Source of the DNA: Bdellovibrionota bacterium
GTDB lineage: Bacteria > Bdellovibrionota > UBA2428
DNA: 64,000 bases
Assembly (NCBI GenBank): GCA_041750195.1
Contig: JBGSZX010000030.1
Coordinates: 15,772 to 79,771, forward strand
Direction of reading: 5' to 3'
Part shown: piece after piece, positions 59,353 through 64,000 of the stretch
Numbering within the stretch: position 1 is the stretch's first letter
How the letters are laid out: every line of letters starts with the position of its first letter
Program-made: the position numbers and the translations under genes
The notes under the pieces: generated by a model
Databases searched by the model: none
Told to the model about the DNA's origin: nothing
The model's input: only the letters and a program-made list of their open reading frames with translations

Positions 59353-59398
59353 TTAAAACCCAAATAAAAATTAAGGGATCCGCTTACGCGGACCCCTT
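59353..59398 (-). promoter_or_regulatory. Intrinsic-terminator-like hairpin plus U-tract, 37 nt upstream of the rimP start (candidate leader attenuator)
   Basis: Minus-strand read: AAGGGGTCCGC-GTAA-GCGGATCCCTT followed by AATTTTTATTTGGGTTTT. One A/C mismatch in an 11-bp stem. Confidence 0.5.
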
Positions 59399-59577
59399 CT
59401 GCGATCTATTCGTAGTCAATTTTGAGCAAATTAGCAAGCTTAGCTTCGTGTTTCAGGGAATACTGCTAGAAATTGACCCAAATTCCGATATTTTAGAGGG
59501 CTATTCCGCTCATTATTTTCTTGGAAATTTCCACTTTCACTCCTGCCAAAGTAAAATTAACCAAATATTTCAGCAGC

Positions 59578-61884
59578 TTAGTTTTTTAAATAAAAAATTC
59601 GAAAATCGAAAGAGCCCAAGTCCCTAATCAAAAATGACGGCCCCTCTGCTCGGATCAATCGACCCTCTTTAGGATAAAGCTCTTCAAGGTAGGCTCGCAT
59701 TCCCGGCGATACAAATTCTCCCAAATCAATATCATGAGAAGTATTGGAGCGATTGAGAACTACGATAGCCCTTTGATTCCTATAAGTTCTCTCATAAATC
59801 AGAACACGATTGAGCTCATCCACTCGCAACCATTTAAAATCACCTCGGTTCAATACGGCATGATTGGCCCTTAACGAACCCAAAGATTCAATAGCCGCTC
59901 GAAGTTCAAGATCAGGGGACATCCCTTGCTCGGCCCATGGATAAGGAACTCGATTATAGGGGTCATCATTCCATGCACCCTCTATCCACTTACCCTCGGC
60001 CGTTACACCTACTTCATCTCCATAATATATAGACGGCGCACCTGGATAGGACATCAAAAAACCCATTAGAAACAAAAACTTTTTACGAGCAATCGACCTG
60101 TCTCCGCCAGAAATTTTTTGCAGCAAAAACAAAATACGATTGGTATCGTGAGATCCCAATAAATTAAACGCAGAATGCCAAGCGGGATCAGGGAATGCCT
60201 CGTGAATCCCCTGAACTTGATCTACGAATTGTTTGTCCGTCGTTTGAAAAATTGGCCCAACAGGACTGAAATCATTTGAGTCGTTATCGTAAAACTTTGT
60301 CCCAGCACATCCATATCCATAACATCGATCAAACATCCAATTTAGCAAGGAACTGCGCAAACGATAATTCATCACAGAATCCCATTCAGTTCCTAAAAGC
60401 CAAGAACTGGGATTTCCCCACTCTTCTCCAATGATCCAAGCATTTGGATTTTTACTTTTTACAACTTTTCTAAAATCTTCCCAATAATGATTTGAAGGAT
60501 CGACAATGGTGCCTGGGTCGATATCGCCACCGACATCAAGTCGCCACGCGTCGGCGCCATGGTTCATCCAGTAAGGCACAACTGCCTCGTTGCCACCTTG
60601 AAAAAAGAAATTGCGAACACTCGCAAGTCGGCTATTTAGCTTAGGAACGTTAAAAAATCCAAACCAAGCTTCATAGGTCTCGAAAGGAGCCTGGGAATCA
60701 GGTAAAATTGGATTTGGACAAAGTACTTTTGTTCTGCGATCAGAACCTAAGGCAGGGCTCCCAATTGCTGGAATAAAAAACCAATCCCTCCATGAAGAGT
60801 TTGACGATTCACAAGCCCCAGAAGCATCATTATTCCCGGGACCATTTGGACTTATCAATTCAAGATCTCTATTCCAGCGACCCCAAAGGTCAAAATAAGG
60901 ACTATCTGCAGACACATGATTAAAAACTCCATCCAAAACAATATGCATCCCCCGCTTTTTAATAGCTTGTACCAAAGATTCGAAATCTTCTAACGAGCCA
61001 AAAGCCGGGTCTATTTTTTTAAAATCTGTAGTGTCGTATTTATGATTCGTAGGTGATGCAAAAATGGGATTTAAGTAAACAGCTGTCACACCCATTTTCT
61101 TTAAGTTGTCCAACGACTGTTCGACTCCCTTGAGGTCCCCACCGTAAAATTGATTGTATCGCTGCCCCAAACATTCACTCATCGGATCACATAGTGGCGA
61201 GTTCCAAGCATTCAGCTTTGGTTTTAGACCATAAATCCATCCCTCCCCCGTTTGAGGATCATTCGACGAATCACCGTTACGAAATCTATCGGGAAAGATT
61301 TGATAAATGATAGCCCCTTTTACCCACTCGGGGACATCAAAGTTTTTATCAAATATCGTGATTTGAAACGAAGCCAAATCATTCCAAGAGTCCCTCATTG
61401 TTCCCTGACCTCCAGGAAAACTACGAATGTCATCATCGGTATAGTAATCAATATCAGTGCCATCTCTAAGCTCAAAAAAATAGTAAAGTAGATCGGAGTG
61501 ATTCGGCACCGGAATTGTGGCTGTCCAATACTGAACAGGACCTAATTCGACGTCGAGGGCCGAATATTCCGGGTTCATAGTGATACCGATCCGTTTTGAT
61601 AATTTGGAATCCCATACAAAAACAGTGGCGCCAGTTAAATCTTCTGCGCAGGTTTTGATCCTCAAACGGATGGGAGCTGACTCAGTCGGGACAGAGCCAA
61701 ATGGCTGCCTAAAGGTCCCATCAAAAGAATTGTGCTCAATCCCAGTCCACCAAATATTATTATCGCGCTTTGCACCATCGCAGTTTCCAGGCGTAGCTTG
61801 CGACATTGGCGCATTTAAGAAAATTGATGATAACAAGACCGCAATCGGATATTTGGAACGCCATAGTCCATTAAGAAAATTCAT
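59578..61884 (-). CDS. Secreted GH13 alpha-amylase-family glycoside hydrolase (neopullulanase/cyclomaltodextrinase-like)
   Basis: GH13 regions I-IV: VLDGVFNHV, DAWRLDVGG, IIGEEWG, LLGSHDTNR. Starting at the ATG at 61884 gives the signal peptide MNFLNGLWRSKYPIAVLLSSIFLNAPMSQA and avoids overlap with lysC. Confidence 0.8.
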   Translation of the reverse strand: MNFLNGLWRSKYPIAVLLSSIFLNAPMSQATPGNCDGAKRDNNIWWTGIEHNSFDGTFRQPFGSVPTESAPIRLRIKTCAEDLTGATVFVWDSKLSKRIGITMNPEYSALDVELGPVQYWTATIPVPNHSDLLYYFFELRDGTDIDYYTDDDIRSFPGGQGTMRDSWNDLASFQITIFDKNFDVPEWVKGAIIYQIFPDRFRNGDSSNDPQTGEGWIYGLKPKLNAWNSPLCDPMSECLGQRYNQFYGGDLKGVEQSLDNLKKMGVTAVYLNPIFASPTNHKYDTTDFKKIDPAFGSLEDFESLVQAIKKRGMHIVLDGVFNHVSADSPYFDLWGRWNRDLELISPNGPGNNDASGACESSNSSWRDWFFIPAIGSPALGSDRRTKVLCPNPILPDSQAPFETYEAWFGFFNVPKLNSRLASVRNFFFQGGNEAVVPYWMNHGADAWRLDVGGDIDPGTIVDPSNHYWEDFRKVVKSKNPNAWIIGEEWGNPSSWLLGTEWDSVMNYRLRSSLLNWMFDRCYGYGCAGTKFYDNDSNDFSPVGPIFQTTDKQFVDQVQGIHEAFPDPAWHSAFNLLGSHDTNRILFLLQKISGGDRSIARKKFLFLMGFLMSYPGAPSIYYGDEVGVTAEGKWIEGAWNDDPYNRVPYPWAEQGMSPDLELRAAIESLGSLRANHAVLNRGDFKWLRVDELNRVLIYERTYRNQRAIVVLNRSNTSHDIDLGEFVSPGMRAYLEELYPKEGRLIRAEGPSFLIRDLGSFDFRIFYLKN

Positions 61885-61945
61885 TGTCTGTAAAATGCCA
61901 AAGACAGAGCTTGAGTCAATGAAACTCTGCTGATATCGATGCCTA

Positions 61946-63145
61946 GTGATTGTCCTTAAATTTGGTGGCACATCTGTTGGAAGTATCGAACGCATCCGGC
62001 ATGTGGCAAAAATTATTAAAAAAACTTTAGAGAATGAAGGACCCTGCTGTGTCGTCGCCTCTGCAATGTCTGGAGAAACAGATCGTCTTGTTTCGCTTTA
62101 CAAGCAGATTTCACAGGATGTTCACACATTAGAATATGATCTCCTAGTCGCCAGTGGCGAACAAGCCTCGATTTCGCTATTGAGTGCCGCCCTCAGAGCC
62201 ATAGGAGTCGCTGCCAAGCCACTTTTAGGACATCAAGCTGGGTTTCAAACCGACGAATCAAGAGGTCGAGCCAAAATTCAGGATATCGATCCCGAAAAAG
62301 TTAAAAATTTAGCGGAGCAAAACATAGTGGCTATTGTTGCTGGATTCCAGGGAGCTGACACAGACGGGAATATCACGACTTTAGGTCGAGGCGGTTCGGA
62401 TACTTCGGCCGTAGCACTAGCGGCAGCCGTCGGTGCAACCCGATGTGACATTTATACAGATGTTTCGGGCGTCTACACCGCTGATCCCCGAATTTGCCCA
62501 GATGCTAAAAAAATATCATTTATGAGTTTTGAAGAGATGATGGAATTGGCCTCTTTAGGGGCCAAGGTTCTACATCCTCGATCTGTTGAAGTTGCCGCAA
62601 AATATAAAATTCCAATTAGAGTCTTAAACACATTTGAAGAAAGTGAGGGAACCCTAGTGGGACCACAAAATCATTTAGAAAGCCCCGTCGTAACGGCTCT
62701 GACTACCGATACAAATTTAGCACTTACGACTCTAAAAAACTTAAACGAAAACGTGACCTCTATCCTTGACCGCCTTTTTAGCGCATTGAGCGATTCAGGT
62801 GTGATTGTGGACATCATTGTTCATTCGGCAGCACGAGATGACGGAAGCTTTGACTTAAGCTTTTCTACCCCTCGAGAAGACGTCGTAGATTTAGAGAAAA
62901 CGTTAGCAAATTTGGGCTGGAGAGCCGAAAGCATCGATACCACCTTGACCAAAGTCTCGCTAGTAGGATCTGGCATGCGAAGTCATAGTGGAGTTGCGGC
63001 CAGAGTTTTTAGGACTCTCAATCGCAACAATATACCCATCATTTGCACGACAACATCCGAGATTAAAATCAGCTGCGTTGTTCCTAGCGACAAAGCAGAA
63101 ATTGCTCTAAAGGCATTGCATTCCGAATTTCAAGTGCCACAATAA
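61946..63145 (+). CDS. lysC: Aspartate kinase
   Basis: VLKFGGTSVG, GRGGSDTSA, and two C-terminal ACT domains. GTG start. Confidence 0.9.
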   Translation: MIVLKFGGTSVGSIERIRHVAKIIKKTLENEGPCCVVASAMSGETDRLVSLYKQISQDVHTLEYDLLVASGEQASISLLSAALRAIGVAAKPLLGHQAGFQTDESRGRAKIQDIDPEKVKNLAEQNIVAIVAGFQGADTDGNITTLGRGGSDTSAVALAAAVGATRCDIYTDVSGVYTADPRICPDAKKISFMSFEEMMELASLGAKVLHPRSVEVAAKYKIPIRVLNTFEESEGTLVGPQNHLESPVVTALTTDTNLALTTLKNLNENVTSILDRLFSALSDSGVIVDIIVHSAARDDGSFDLSFSTPREDVVDLEKTLANLGWRAESIDTTLTKVSLVGSGMRSHSGVAARVFRTLNRNNIPIICTTTSEIKISCVVPSDKAEIALKALHSEFQVPQ

Positions 63146-63177
63146 GATATAGGATTTAAATTCCTCAAGAGCCAACA

Positions 63178-64000
63178 ATGAGCCTATTTATAAAAAAGCC
63201 TGACGCCGACAATTTTGAAATCAACGAATCCGTGCTTTTAAAATTGAGCCAGAGCTATGGAACACCTTCCTATTTTTACGACGCCTCAAGAATCGCCTCA
63301 CAATATGAGAGACTCAATGCCAGTTTTAGAAAGCAATCTATTGATTTACGAGTCCATTATAGTGTCAAAGCTTCCTCAAGTTTAGGGCTTCTAAAATACT
63401 TAAGAGGATTAGGGGCTTTTTTTGATGTCGTATCAGGCGGGGAACTAGAACGATGCCTTGAAATTGGAGCCTCGGGCAATGAAATTGTCTTTTCGGGTGT
63501 CGGCAAAAGCAAATCCGAGATTATAAAGGCTTTAGAAAATGACATCTTACAATTTAATGTGGAATCAGAGAGTGAGCTAATTCTCATTGAAGATTGCGCA
63601 CGCAATATGAAAAAATGTGCCAATATTGCGCTTAGAATCAATCCAAATATAGATGCTCTGACCCACGAATATATAACCACTGGCACCTACGACTCAAAAT
63701 TTGGCGTGTCCGTCGATGAGGCCGAATTCTTATACCTTCGCTACAAAGACAATCCTAACGTCAAATGGGTTGGGCTTGATATGCATATTGGTTCTCAACT
63801 TACAGAAAAAGCCCCCATCATTCAGGCACTCAAACGATTCACTGCCTTTGCCAAAAGCCTCGAAGAACATGGTTTGTTTCTGAAGAATCTCGATATTGGT
63901 GGCGGTCTAGGCGTAAACTACAATGCAGACAAAATTATTAGCCCAGAGGAATTTGCGGCTTTGGTGGCCAATGAATTAGCGACACTCAACCTAGACAACC
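63178..64000 (+). CDS. lysA: Diaminopimelate decarboxylase, 5' portion (runs off the window end)
   Basis: My own translation from the ATG at 63178: ...YGTPSYFYDASRI..., HYSVKASSSLGLL (PLP lysine context), FDVVSGGELE, KFGV, LDIGGGLGVNY. It is not in the ORF track because there is no stop codon within the window. Confidence 0.85.
   Translation, partial: MSLFIKKPDADNFEINESVLLKLSQSYGTPSYFYDASRIASQYERLNASFRKQSIDLRVHYSVKASSSLGLLKYLRGLGAFFDVVSGGELERCLEIGASGNEIVFSGVGKSKSEIIKALENDILQFNVESESELILIEDCARNMKKCANIALRINPNIDALTHEYITTGTYDSKFGVSVDEAEFLYLRYKDNPNVKWVGLDMHIGSQLTEKAPIIQALKRFTAFAKSLEEHGLFLKNLDIGGGLGVNYNADKIISPEEFAALVANELATLNLDN

Noticed and set aside
61885-61945. Looked for a lysine (L-box) riboswitch upstream of lysC
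   Set aside because: Only 61 nt separate lysC from the divergent GH13 gene. That is far too short for an L-box of about 180 nt, and no conserved L-box helices are visible.
1-64000. Scan for CRISPR arrays, rRNA or tRNA genes, IS elements with inverted repeats, integrases, restriction-modification systems, toxin-antitoxin pairs or known defence genes
   Set aside because: I saw none. No intergenic region exceeds about 245 nt, and no regularly spaced direct repeats were seen. The only mobile-element-like signal is the degenerate Y1-like ORF at 41081-41785.

Overview
This is an AT-rich, densely coding bacterial chromosomal segment with about 58 CDS, short intergenic gaps and many same-strand gene strings. 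I found no rRNA, tRNA, CRISPR array or intact mobile element by eye. Gene content suggests a low-GC Bdellovibrio/Bacteriovorax-like or related 'delta-proteobacterial' lineage. The pointers are many secreted proteins and lipoproteins, a type-B SdhCAB, a b6-type split cytochrome b and a ydbH-ynbE-ydbL operon. This is a low-confidence guess.

Most of the window is housekeeping:
- rimP-nusA-infB-truB-rpsO-pnp-M16 peptidase-dut-hbd (47.9-59.3 kb, minus strand)
- rnc-era-der (20.7-23.9 kb)
- sdhCAB (35.3-38.7 kb)
- lysC-lysA (61.9-64.0 kb)
- rapA-like SNF2 ATPase, acyl-CoA dehydrogenase and a GH13 amylase-family enzyme

The best candidates for something not yet described are:
1. A co-directional string at 23987-32825 in which only nuoC, nuoD and nuoI are present, without nuoA/B/H/J-N or E/F/G. 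They are followed by a membrane-anchored HEAT-repeat protein, a Rieske protein, a b6-like cytochrome b, an enlarged subunit-IV-like protein and a 988-aa octahaem cytochrome c with a long coiled-coil stalk.
2. A roughly 7 kb accessory islet at 41.0-47.9 kb, wedged between two beta-oxidation genes. It carries a degenerate Y1-transposase-like gene, a TPR/winged-helix regulator and two large divergent lipoproteins.
3. A roughly 45-residue lysine-rich insertion inside the IF-2 G domain.
4. Several secreted repeat proteins: a 32-aa Cys-rich tandem repeat, a protein with collagen-like GXY segments and a lipoprotein with SLT-like motifs.

I could not recognise a defence, toxin or CRISPR-type system. 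All functional calls rest on motif recognition and synteny from memory, not on database searches.
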